From the IMG/VR virus record IMGVR_UViG_3300031933_000210: a stretch of 57,229 nt of DNA. One strand, given 5' to 3'. Within the stretch, counting starts at the first letter, position 1. Every line of letters begins with the position of its first letter. A model generated the notes under the pieces. The model was not told the DNA's origin and ran no database searches. It was given only the letters and a program-made list of their open reading frames with translations. Below are positions 49,242-56,856 of the stretch, in pieces. This DNA is from a virus. Both the position numbers and the translations under genes were made by a program.

Positions 49242-49763
49242 ATGAAAACTCTTTCGCAGTTGTTCCCGCTCCCGGCTCCGGAATTCACTTTCGCCGGTTT
49301 CGCCTGGCCGCGCCGCGTTGCGATGCTCCCGCGCGGATCGATCGCCGACCGCATACAACGGCGCACGCAACCGGTAGCCGGTCCGTATTACCACGCGCCG
49401 AAGCCGGCCAGCCGCTGCAATGGCCTGGCGTTCTACCTGGCGTCCGACTTCGCGCCGGGCTTGCGCTGGCAATGGGCGGACGACGTGTGCCGCTCAATCG
49501 GTCACACAGGATGGTTCACTGATGAATTCGGCGACTCCGAGACCATCCGCGGCATTGTGTGCCGGCTGCCGAAGTCGCGCGGCTTCCTAGCCGGTTGGAG
49601 CATTGGCGAAGGTATGGCCAGCGAGCTGGACGCGACCGTATACGACGACGAAGCGGGCGCGGCGCGGGCTGCCGATTCCATGGCCGAAAGAGCTGCCGAA
49701 CATCAGCGCGAATATGAAGCCGAAGAGCGCGCGCGGCTGGAATCTGAAGAGGCGGCAGCATAA
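49242..49763 (+). CDS. hypothetical protein with an acidic coiled C-terminus
   Basis: 173-aa ORF. Confidence 0.6.
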   Translation: MKTLSQLFPLPAPEFTFAGFAWPRRVAMLPRGSIADRIQRRTQPVAGPYYHAPKPASRCNGLAFYLASDFAPGLRWQWADDVCRSIGHTGWFTDEFGDSETIRGIVCRLPKSRGFLAGWSIGEGMASELDATVYDDEAGAARAADSMAERAAEHQREYEAEERARLESEEAAA

Positions 49764-50179
49764 TGGCTAAGCAATTTTCCGATGTTTCGAGCCGCTACGG
49801 CGCACCGATGGGACGCCAGGCCGATGGCTTCCTAGAAACCGATCTGCCGCGCTTCGTCCGCCTTTATCGTGTCCGGTTGGACTCCGGCGGGTATGACGAC
49901 GGCGGCGCATATTGGGGATTAGGCGAACCGCTATGGTGCGCCGAAGATGAGGACGGCAACCGGAAATTCACGCGCGCCAGTAGTCGCGAGCGCGCCGCGC
50001 TGGTGCTCGACATCCCGGACAAGGCACTTAAGCGAAGCCTAGACGGGCGCGGCGTGCCGTATGGCCTGGCATTGCTCGACGGTCGCGCGCCTTTCCCCGG
50101 CGGCATAACGCGAGATCGGGTTATCGATTGGCTGCAGCGCTCCGGCGTGTGCACGTTCGGCCGCGAAATCAACCAATAA
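49763..50179 (+). CDS. hypothetical protein (RYGAPMGR ... GGYDDGGAYWG motif)
   Basis: TAATG coupling with the upstream gene. 138 aa. Confidence 0.6.
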   Translation: MAKQFSDVSSRYGAPMGRQADGFLETDLPRFVRLYRVRLDSGGYDDGGAYWGLGEPLWCAEDEDGNRKFTRASSRERAALVLDIPDKALKRSLDGRGVPYGLALLDGRAPFPGGITRDRVIDWLQRSGVCTFGREINQ

Positions 50180-50193
50180 GGGAATTTGCAACC
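50168..50193 (+). promoter_or_regulatory. TTCAACC-family motif, 19-bp-phased direct repeat abutting the start codon
   Basis: ATCAACC at 50168, AAGGGA, TGCAACC at 50187, then ATG. Confidence 0.6.
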
Positions 50194-50583
50194 ATGGCAC
50201 ACGCTAATTTTTTCGTTTCGAGCTCCGGCGATCTGGTGCGGCACTCAAACTGCGAAACCGTCCGCGCACGGTTCGCCTTTCAGCGGTCGGAGATTGAGAC
50301 CGGCGCCGACCTTCGCGCCACGCTCCGCGCTGGCGAGTTCACGTTTCCCGGCGGTTATCCGCTATACCTGGCGACATCCGACGGCGCCGCGCTTTGCTTC
50401 GACTGCGCCCGGGCGAACCTTCGGGAAATAACCGAGGAAATCCGCGGCAACTATTCGACCGGCTGGCGCGTGGTCGCCTCTGGCGTCAATTGGGAAGACG
50501 GCGCGCTTCGTTGCGACCATTGCGGGCACCAGATACCGGCCGCCTATGGCGACGACGACGAAAGCCAGGAGGCGCCACAATGA
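50194..50583 (+). CDS. hypothetical Cys-containing protein
   Basis: 129 aa. CFDC...CDHC pairs. Confidence 0.55.
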   Translation: MAHANFFVSSSGDLVRHSNCETVRARFAFQRSEIETGADLRATLRAGEFTFPGGYPLYLATSDGAALCFDCARANLREITEEIRGNYSTGWRVVASGVNWEDGALRCDHCGHQIPAAYGDDDESQEAPQ

Positions 50584-50969
50584 CCGCGCCACTATGGATA
50601 GCGCCAACCCTGGCGAGCCTTTCACACCGAAATATCCGGCTAGACTGCGAACCGGAGTTGATCCGGGCAATCTGGAAAGCGCGTAGCCTTGAGGAACTGG
50701 CCGCCGTTTATCCTGCTGCAGACGGCACCATTATTCCGACGTGCGGACCGTTGCCGAATCTGCGCCAGGCGAAGCGCGAAGCGGTCGACCGTGCCGCCGG
50801 CTTCCATGGCGTGGAATATCTCGGTTGGCACAAGCGCAACCGGGAGCACGTTTACTATGCGAACGCGGGCGATACATACGCGGCAACGCTGATTTTTCAA
50901 GGGCGCCGGCTATCGATCGGATGTTGGGGCGATCTGGTCGAAAGGCGATTGATTGAGGGCGCAGAATGA
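50580..50969 (+). CDS. hypothetical protein
   Basis: ATGA coupling with the upstream gene. 129 aa. Confidence 0.55.
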   Translation: MTAPLWIAPTLASLSHRNIRLDCEPELIRAIWKARSLEELAAVYPAADGTIIPTCGPLPNLRQAKREAVDRAAGFHGVEYLGWHKRNREHVYYANAGDTYAATLIFQGRRLSIGCWGDLVERRLIEGAE

Positions 50970-51178
50970 AACCGGACGAAGAGAAAACGCCCGCGGCCGT
51001 TTACGTTTACGCCGGCTTTAACTTGCTGGTCCGAACCGTTCGGCTCATCGCCTATGGCGCCGCGTTCTGGATGGCGATCAAGCCCGGCGGCAGCATCCTG
51101 GCCGCCCTACTGATGGCAATAATCGCGAGCGCGATCAAAACGCGAAGTTATGCGGAAGACTTCGACCGGTACGGATAA
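50966..51178 (+). CDS. small membrane protein
   Basis: Two hydrophobic segments. ATGA coupling. Followed by a terminator. Confidence 0.55.
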   Translation: MKPDEEKTPAAVYVYAGFNLLVRTVRLIAYGAAFWMAIKPGGSILAALLMAIIASAIKTRSYAEDFDRYG

Positions 51179-51196
51179 CCGCCAACCATCCAACCG

Positions 51197-51223
51197 AAAG
51201 CCCGGGATTGCCGGGCTTTTTTG
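51197..51223 (+). terminator. Rho-independent terminator
   Basis: Stem AGCCCGG/CCGGGCT, loop of 5 nt, T6 tract. Confidence 0.8.
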
Positions 51224-51229
51224 TGCCCG

Positions 51230-51772
51230 CTATTCCGGGAGCGGCAAGTCTGCCGACGGCGGGAAAGGTCCCATTGTCCGACCGGACGGGAGCCAGACCA
51301 GATAGGCACGCCACTGGCCAGCGCCGGAGCCCGGACAATACGCCAGGAATTCGCCCGGCGCGGTTCCGGTCCGGTACCGGTACACACACGCACCAGCGCC
51401 GGCAGCCAACAGCGCCCGCTGTAAATCCTGGCGATAGTCGGCGCGCCATGGTCCCGGGAACCGCGCGGCCAGGTCATCCGCTGCAGCCGGCCGGGCGCCC
51501 TCTTCGCCTTCATCCGCCACCATAAGCCCGGCGCCGATCGCCAGGGCGCCGACCAGCACAGCAACCGGCAACCATGCGCGCCCGGGCTTGCGTGACTCCG
51601 GCGCCGCTGGTGACTCTTCCGCCATCCCGAACGCGGCGCGCCAGCGCTGTTCTTTCGCAGCCTCCCGGGCTTTCTCCCGCGCCGCCGATACGTGCGACCA
51701 GACCAGATACGCCAGCGCAGCGGCAACCGTGCCGCCGGTCAAAACGAAAAGGCCGAAGAGTTCGCCGGGCAT
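51230..51772 (-). CDS. membrane protein, moron-like (opposite orientation to its neighbours)
   Basis: Two transmembrane segments (LFGLFVLTGGTVAAALAYLVW and AWLPVAVLVGALAIGAGLMV) plus a 90-aa C-terminal domain. Confidence 0.5.
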   Translation of the reverse strand: MPGELFGLFVLTGGTVAAALAYLVWSHVSAAREKAREAAKEQRWRAAFGMAEESPAAPESRKPGRAWLPVAVLVGALAIGAGLMVADEGEEGARPAAADDLAARFPGPWRADYRQDLQRALLAAGAGACVYRYRTGTAPGEFLAYCPGSGAGQWRAYLVWLPSGRTMGPFPPSADLPLPE

Positions 51773-52078
51773 TGCTTGCGCTCCTGATTACTTGGACGGC
51801 GGCCACCATATCGCCAGCAACGGCGCCCGGTCAATTTGAGCTCCTACGCGCTCGCCTACGCGGCGCCAGCATGCTGGCCACTAGCTAGGCATTGCCGACT
51901 GGCGAACGCGCGCCAGACGGCAGCCGGAGCGCTGCAGCGGCCATTCCAGCGGCATGCCGTGACCGCCAGAGCGGGCGCCCGCCCCCTATTTCGCCCCCTC
52001 CCGCCGCCTGATTCGGACCCGCGTGAACCCTGGGTGTCGCGCTCTGTACCGATTTTTTTCTGGACCGACCTGGACCGC

Positions 52079-52128
52079 TTACTTTGCCACCCTGGCGAGA
52101 CCTTTACTTTGCCACCCTGGCGAGACCT
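52079..52128. repeat. perfect 25-bp tandem duplication (TTACTTTGCCACCCTGGCGAGACCT x2)
   Basis: Read directly from the sequence, in a 640-bp non-coding region. Confidence 0.95.
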
Positions 52129-52251
52129 CCGACCCGCTGGCCCACCGCCTCCGCCGCGAGCTGGAAAGCGATCGAGCAGCTGCCTTCGGCCCGTGACCGG
52201 CTCATGGACGTGGGGGAACCCGAATGCCGATGGCCCGGGCGACTCCAGGCA

Positions 52252-52313
52252 CTACTTTGCCGAGCCAGCGAGACCTGCATCCGAGGCATTACTTCACCGA
52301 CCCGGCGAGACCT
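52252..52313. repeat. two further diverged copies of the 25-mer (CTACTTTGCCGAGCCAGCGAGACCT and TTACTTCACCGACCCGGCGAGACCT)
   Basis: Copies at 52252-52276 and 52289-52313. Shared TACTT..CC......GCGAGACCT frame. Confidence 0.8.
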
Positions 52314-52327
52314 CAGCTCAGCCTAAA

Positions 52328-52364
52328 TTCAACTTGCTGGATTGATATTCAACCGTTGGTTGAA
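52328..52364 (+). promoter_or_regulatory. TTCAACC-family motif cluster (TTCAAC plus TTCAACCGTTGGTTGAA)
   Basis: Upstream of the rdgC operon. Confidence 0.65.
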
Positions 52365-52415
52365 TTAACATCGCCAAGCAATCAATCTGCTGACGGCTCA
52401 CAAGGGGGTAACACC

Positions 52416-53438
52416 GTGTCGATCAAGCTACTCAACAACGTGCTGACCTATCGGTTCACGCAACCGATTCCGCTGCACGACCTGGAGGCGCTGTCCGAGG
52501 CGCTGCAAACCAAGGCGGCGCGCAACCCGGCCAGCCAGGAACTCAGCACCATGGGCTTCATCGAGCCGCTGGGTGTCGACGATGACTACGCTGAGCCCAT
52601 CGGCGCCAAGGGCATTTTCATTGCTGCGCGCAAGTCCGAGCGGCTGCTGCCCGGCAAAGTGGTGAAGCAGAACGTCGAGGCCAAGGTCCGCGAGATCGAG
52701 AAGGATCAGGTCCGCAAGGTCTACGCGAAGGAGAAGGCTCGGATCAAGGACGAGATCGTCCAAGCCATGATGCCGCATGCCTTCGTCAGTCACAGCCGGA
52801 TCAACGCACTGATCTGCCCACCCTACGTCTTCGTCGAGACCACCAGCGCCAAGAAGGCTGAGGACCTGCTGTCCCTGCTGCGCTCAGCACTCGGCAGCCT
52901 GCCGCTGCGTCCGGTCGGCACCAAGGTCTCACCGATCGTGAGCTTCACCGAGTGGGTGAAAAACCCGGACCTGAGCGCCCCGGCGGCATTCTCCCTGGGT
53001 GAATCGTTCCAATCCCGAGGTGCTTCCGAAGAAAGCTCGACCCTGAGCGGAAAGAACGTCGACCTGAGCGAAGACGACATCGTGCAGCTGATCGAGTCCG
53101 GCCGGCGCGTCAACCAGCTGGAGCTGATCTGGGAACCCGAAAGCGGGCTTGGCCAGGAAGGGGTCCCGTTCACCGTCAACGAGATGCTGGGTATCAAGGG
53201 CATCCAGTGGCCCGAGGAGCTGCATCAGCAGATTCGCGACGACATCGGCGAGGACGAGAGCAAGGTCACCGAGGCCCGGGCCACCCTGCTGCTGGTGCAA
53301 GACCTGATGCTCAAGCTGCTGGGCGATCTGCTCGACGCACTGGGCGGCGAAGAGAAGCCGGAGGCGCTGGCGGACCTCCTCGACGGCGAGGACGAGCGCG
53401 ACGAAGAACAAGCCGAGGAAGAGGAAGACCTGCTATGA
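52416..53438 (+). CDS. rdgC: recombination-associated protein RdgC
   Basis: SAKKAEDLLSLLRSALGSLPLRP and the overall layout match E. coli RdgC as I recall it. GTG start with an AAGGGGG Shine-Dalgarno sequence. Acidic tail ...EEEEDLL. Confidence 0.75.
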   Translation: MSIKLLNNVLTYRFTQPIPLHDLEALSEALQTKAARNPASQELSTMGFIEPLGVDDDYAEPIGAKGIFIAARKSERLLPGKVVKQNVEAKVREIEKDQVRKVYAKEKARIKDEIVQAMMPHAFVSHSRINALICPPYVFVETTSAKKAEDLLSLLRSALGSLPLRPVGTKVSPIVSFTEWVKNPDLSAPAAFSLGESFQSRGASEESSTLSGKNVDLSEDDIVQLIESGRRVNQLELIWEPESGLGQEGVPFTVNEMLGIKGIQWPEELHQQIRDDIGEDESKVTEARATLLLVQDLMLKLLGDLLDALGGEEKPEALADLLDGEDERDEEQAEEEEDLL

Positions 53439-53698
53439 GCCGCATGAACATCACCAAATTCGTGGCGCGCCTGCCGCATGCTCTTCACGATGAGATCAAG
53501 GAAACCGCGCGGGCCAACCACCGCTCGATGAACAGCGAGATCATTCACCGCCTGCAGCAGCCCGTGGCCCCCGGCATGGGGATCACCCAGCTGACCCTGA
53601 ACGTGGACAGCAAGGAAGCCAGTGCCGCCCTGGAGCGCATGCTGGCAGACCTGAAGTCCGCCAATGCTGAAGCCCCGATTCTGGCAGTGGGGGCCTGA
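53435..53698 (+). CDS. Arc/MetJ-type ribbon-helix-helix protein
   Basis: FVARLPHALHDEIKETARANHRSMNSEIIHRL matches the Arc-like domain. ATGA coupling. Confidence 0.7.
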   Translation: MSRMNITKFVARLPHALHDEIKETARANHRSMNSEIIHRLQQPVAPGMGITQLTLNVDSKEASAALERMLADLKSANAEAPILAVGA

Positions 53699-53703
53699 GC
53701 GAA

Positions 53704-54138
53704 GTGACCACCAAGCCCAATCCACTGACGACCCAGGCTGAGGGTAGCTACTACTCCCGCCTTCCAATCCAGCCGGTGCAGTTCAGCATGACCAACAAGC
53801 TGGATGCCTGCGCCCATTCGATCCTGAAGTACGCCACTCGTCACCGAGAGAAGAACGGCCGGGTCGATCTGGAGAAGGCCATCCACTTCATCGAGCTGCG
53901 CGAGGTGCTGGCCACCGCGGAGCACCTGGTTACCGACTGGCCGATCTCGCCGGAGGAGTATTGCCGGGCGAACAGGCTGCCGCTGATGGAGACGGCAGTG
54001 GTCATCGGGCTCGGTCTCTGGCTGCAGACCGGGCAGCGGCATTACGCGGCAGAGATGCGCGGCGTACTGGCTGAAATCATCACCCGCGACTACGAGGGTC
54101 GCGGTTTCCGCTCGCCCTCAATTTCAACCAATAGCTGA
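53704..54138 (+). CDS. DUF3310-like protein
   Basis: YY...PIQPVQF......L..C.HSILKYATRH.EKNG..DLEKAIHFIEL pattern. Confidence 0.6.
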   Translation: MTTKPNPLTTQAEGSYYSRLPIQPVQFSMTNKLDACAHSILKYATRHREKNGRVDLEKAIHFIELREVLATAEHLVTDWPISPEEYCRANRLPLMETAVVIGLGLWLQTGQRHYAAEMRGVLAEIITRDYEGRGFRSPSISTNS

Positions 54139-54148
54139 GATTTCCACC
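54123..54148 (+). promoter_or_regulatory. TTCAACC-family motif, 19-bp-phased direct repeat abutting the start codon
   Basis: TTCAACC at 54123 and TTCCACC at 54142, then the ATG at 54149. Overlaps the upstream gene's last codons. Confidence 0.6.
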
Positions 54149-54616
54149 ATGAGCACTAACCTGAACACCCAACAAGCCGAAGACCTCCTGGACCACTTGC
54201 TAGCCAAGCTCGACCCCGAGTGCGACCAGGTCGAAGCATCCACCGTTGGTAGCGCCTCGGTCGGAATCCACGACGCACAGCAGCTGTGCCACTTCCTCGC
54301 CAAGGCATCCGGCTGGTGGAACGACCCGCTGACCGGCGAGCCGACCCCGCGCAACGACGGGGAGCTGATTGCCCTGATGCACAGCGAGCTGTCTGAAGCG
54401 CTGGAGGGCCTGCGGAAGGACCTGATGGACGACAAGCTCCCGCACCGCAAGGCGGTTGAGGTCGAGCTGGCCGACACGCTGATCCGCATTTTCGACTATG
54501 CCGGCGCCCGCAACCTGGACCTGGCAGGAGCAATGGTCGAGAAGCTGGCATACAACCAGCAGCGTGCCGATCACAAGCTGGAGAACCGCGCCCAAGCCAA
54601 CGGGAAGCGCTTCTGA
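54149..54616 (+). CDS. MazG-like nucleotide pyrophosphohydrolase
   Basis: ALMHSELSEALEGLRK...EVELADTLIRIFDYA is the EExxE/D metal-binding helix pair. Confidence 0.75.
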   Translation: MSTNLNTQQAEDLLDHLLAKLDPECDQVEASTVGSASVGIHDAQQLCHFLAKASGWWNDPLTGEPTPRNDGELIALMHSELSEALEGLRKDLMDDKLPHRKAVEVELADTLIRIFDYAGARNLDLAGAMVEKLAYNQQRADHKLENRAQANGKRF

Positions 54617-54831
54617 TGACTCCCGCTCAGCGCGCTGCTGGCGACACCGCGGCCTTCTGCACGCTGTTCCTGACCTGGGCGCTGCTGGCGCCCGTGGTCG
54701 CGGGACCGATCCAGCCGGCCGCCGTGCCGCACAACTGCCCTTCCCCTCAAGTTCGACACGGCGTCGGCTCCGATCTGCGGAGCTATCAACGCACATTCGA
54801 CCGCTGTGCCCTTTCGAGGGTCACCCCATGA
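54616..54831 (+). CDS. small hypothetical (possibly membrane/secreted) protein
   Basis: TGATG coupling with the upstream gene. Hydrophobic N-terminus. Confidence 0.4.
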   Translation: MTPAQRAAGDTAAFCTLFLTWALLAPVVAGPIQPAAVPHNCPSPQVRHGVGSDLRSYQRTFDRCALSRVTP

Positions 54832-55175
54832 AGCATCGAGATGAGTGTGCTGCACACCCCTACGAGATGAAGCTGGGCCGGCGTATCCCCGTCGACACCA
54901 GCAAGGTAGCCGCGTACATGGCGACTCTGAAGTACGTGGACGCCCTGATGATCGATGGCACCGTCCATACCCTCAGCACGTCGCTCGTGAAGCTGGAGAA
55001 GGCCCACCCGAGCCTCGTGCGCGTTCGCCGGGACACCCTGGTGGTGAAGACCAAGGTGACCCGCATTGAGCGCATCCCGGAGAGCCGCCGCCGGAAGGTC
55101 ACGCTACAGGGCGGCTGGACCATAACGACTGCCCGGGCGAATTCGACCTGGCGAATTCGACCTGGCGACAACTGA
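54828..55175 (+). CDS. LytTR-like DNA-binding domain protein
   Basis: TSLVKLEKAHPSLVRVRRDTLVVKTKVTRIE resembles the L..le..L.p..F.RvHRS.iVN...i core. ATGA coupling. Confidence 0.4.
   Translation: MKHRDECAAHPYEMKLGRRIPVDTSKVAAYMATLKYVDALMIDGTVHTLSTSLVKLEKAHPSLVRVRRDTLVVKTKVTRIERIPESRRRKVTLQGGWTITTARANSTWRIRPGDN
55137..55168. repeat. 14-bp tandem duplication (GCGAATTCGACCTG, about 2.3 copies)
   Basis: Read directly from the sequence, at the 3' end of CDS 54828..55175. Confidence 0.9.
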
Positions 55176-55188
55176 CTGGAGAGAAGCG

Positions 55189-55395
55189 ATGCCCGAGTTC
55201 CAAATTGGCGACCTCGTGATGAAGGTTACCGGCGACTACCACATCGGCGGCGAGGTCCGCAGCGTCTTCACCAAGGCCAACGGCGAGACCCGAATGGTGG
55301 TCGAGCACCAGGCTGCAGGTGGTGGCAGCTTCCTGCACATCTACGGCCCGGCCAACCTCAAACTGATTGAGCGTCCGGAGGCGCAGCCACACTAG
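55189..55395 (+). CDS. hypothetical protein
   Basis: GGAGAGAAG Shine-Dalgarno sequence. 68 aa. Confidence 0.55.
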   Translation: MPEFQIGDLVMKVTGDYHIGGEVRSVFTKANGETRMVVEHQAAGGGSFLHIYGPANLKLIERPEAQPH

Positions 55396-55398
55396 ACA

Positions 55399-55416
55399 TT
55401 TCAACTATTGGTTGAA
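55399..55416. promoter_or_regulatory. TTCAACC-family motif, palindromic form (TTCAACTATTGGTTGAA)
   Basis: Intergenic. Same 17-mer as at 31785. Confidence 0.7.
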
Positions 55417-55453
55417 TATACTACTGGCACACCAACATCAGAGGGCCAGTCAG

Positions 55454-55555
55454 ATGAGCAAGCACGAGCAGAAAGAAACGGTACCGACCCGTACCGACCT
55501 GGTGGTTTCCGGGCTGCTCCTCCTGCTGATCTGGCTGGCCCTTTCGTTCGTTTGA
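55454..55555 (+). CDS. small membrane peptide (33 aa)
   Basis: AGAGGG Shine-Dalgarno sequence. C-terminal transmembrane segment VVSGLLLLLIWLALSFV. Confidence 0.35.
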   Translation: MSKHEQKETVPTRTDLVVSGLLLLLIWLALSFV

Positions 55556-55569
55556 GCCAGGGGAACATC

Positions 55570-56013
55570 GTGAAGACCAAACCGAAGAACATGCCCGACT
55601 CGATCACGGGTCAACAGCTGGTCAAGTGGCGCGAGCTGCTGATGGCCTCGGCCGAACACATCGAGGCGCTGAACGCCAAGATCGCCACGCAGGAGCGCCA
55701 GCGCGACACCTTCGTCGAGAAGGAGCTTTTGCTGCTGGAGAAGCTGATCGCTGCAGAGGAAAGGATCAAGGAGCTGAACGCCGTGCTGCTGGAGCTGGCC
55801 GATCCGGACAACTGCCTGGTCGTCGCCGAGCCGGTGCACCTCAACCCAGCTGATCAGCTTCCTCCGGTCGACTGCCCGCTGCTGATCCAGGTGGACGGCG
55901 AGCTACTGCAGGCCGAGCGCGCCAGCTTCATCGCCAGCCGCGACCGGGCAATGGTCTACCGGTTGAACGACGGCCGCGAGCTCGAAGGTCGCTTCCCTTG
56001 GACGTATCCGTAG
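55570..56013 (+). CDS. hypothetical coiled-coil protein
   Basis: GTG start with an AGGGGA Shine-Dalgarno sequence (alternative ATG at 55591). Confidence 0.55.
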   Translation: MKTKPKNMPDSITGQQLVKWRELLMASAEHIEALNAKIATQERQRDTFVEKELLLLEKLIAAEERIKELNAVLLELADPDNCLVVAEPVHLNPADQLPPVDCPLLIQVDGELLQAERASFIASRDRAMVYRLNDGRELEGRFPWTYP

Positions 56014-56026
56014 GTGGCCAACTGAC

Positions 56027-56566
56027 ATGAGCAGCTCGAAAAGAAATCCTGAACCTAGCCAAGCAGAGCTACTGACCGCGTTCCAGGACGTTGGGAATAC
56101 CGTTCGCTGGAAAGTGAGGAAAAAGGGTGTCCGTATCGGACATGAGGTGAGCTGCCGGGACGGACGCGGATATCTGACGGTCACGGTAAACGGTAGGGGG
56201 ATCAACGTGCACCGCGTCTTGTGGATTATGCGCAACGGCCCCATCCCGCAAGGCATGCAGGTCGACCATATTGACGGTGACCAGCTGAATAACCTGCCAA
56301 AGAATCTGAGGTTGGTGACATCCGCTGGGAATAATAGGAACCGGCGCAGACAGAGGAACAACACCTCTGGCGTAAAGGGTGTCACTTGGAACAAGGCGTG
56401 TGGAAAGTGGCAAGCGCAGATAGAGGTTGACCTAAAGGCTTACTACATTGGCCTTTTCGACGATCTAGATGATGCAAGGGCCGCGATTGTGGCTGCCCGT
56501 GAAGTTCTACATGGCGAACACGCCAATCACGCATTTTTGCAAGGCTCAGGCGGTGATCGCCCGTGA
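56027..56566 (+). CDS. HNH (HNH_3) + AP2-domain homing endonuclease, paralogue of 37006..37557
   Basis: VHRVLWIMRNGPIP.G..VDHIDGDQLNNLPKNLRL plus SGVKGVTWNKACGKWQAQI. Confidence 0.8.
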   Translation: MSSSKRNPEPSQAELLTAFQDVGNTVRWKVRKKGVRIGHEVSCRDGRGYLTVTVNGRGINVHRVLWIMRNGPIPQGMQVDHIDGDQLNNLPKNLRLVTSAGNNRNRRRQRNNTSGVKGVTWNKACGKWQAQIEVDLKAYYIGLFDDLDDARAAIVAAREVLHGEHANHAFLQGSGGDRP

Positions 56567-56574
56567 GCGCAGCG

Positions 56575-56826
56575 CTAGCCCGAGCGGTCCCGTTCAGACA
56601 TCAGCAGCACCTTCAGCCTGTGCAGCGCGACCAGGTCCCCGCCGACGCTATCTCGCCACGCCTGGTGGATCGTTCGGGACATCTGATCAATCTCCGCAAT
56701 CAGGCGGCGGTAGCGCTCGACCTCAAGCGTCAGCCGGCGCACCGGGCCGGTCGGGTTCTCCACCCAGAACCGGCGCAACTCTTCCTGACTGACCGGCCTG
56801 AACGGCGGCAAGTTTTCATGGTGCAT
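56575..56826 (-). CDS. small hypothetical protein, candidate SOS-controlled regulator/antirepressor
   Basis: 83 aa starting MHHENLPPF. It reads more protein-like than the overlapping plus-strand ORF 56563..56883. A LexA-type box lies 11 nt upstream. Confidence 0.5.
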   Translation of the reverse strand: MHHENLPPFRPVSQEELRRFWVENPTGPVRRLTLEVERYRRLIAEIDQMSRTIHQAWRDSVGGDLVALHRLKVLLMSERDRSG

Positions 56827-56836
56827 GGCATCACCA

Positions 56837-56856
56837 TACTGTATGGACAACCAGTA
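56837..56856. promoter_or_regulatory. LexA-type SOS box (TACTGTATGGACAACCAGTA)
   Basis: CTG-N10-CAG with TACTGTAT/ACCAGTA arms, against the consensus TACTGTATATATATACAGTA. Lies in the 58-bp divergent gap. Confidence 0.6.

Noticed and set aside
52079-52313. Possible CRISPR-like mini-array or tRNA in the 25-mer repeat region
   Set aside because: The first two repeats abut with no spacer and the other spacings are 123 and 12 nt. There are no cas genes and no cloverleaf-compatible segments. It is therefore reported only as unexplained repeats.
51836-52345. 169-aa plus-strand ORF covering the non-coding repeat region
   Set aside because: The translation is Pro/Arg/Ala-rich and low-complexity, there is no Shine-Dalgarno sequence, and it simply reads through the 25-mer repeats.
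55420-55445. Sigma-54-type promoter (TGGCAC-N5-TTGC) at CTGGCACACCAACATCA, and at other TGGCAC occurrences (about 8590 on the minus strand, 9446, 24866)
   Set aside because: None has the -12 TTGC element at the correct spacing, so no RpoN promoter could be supported by eye.
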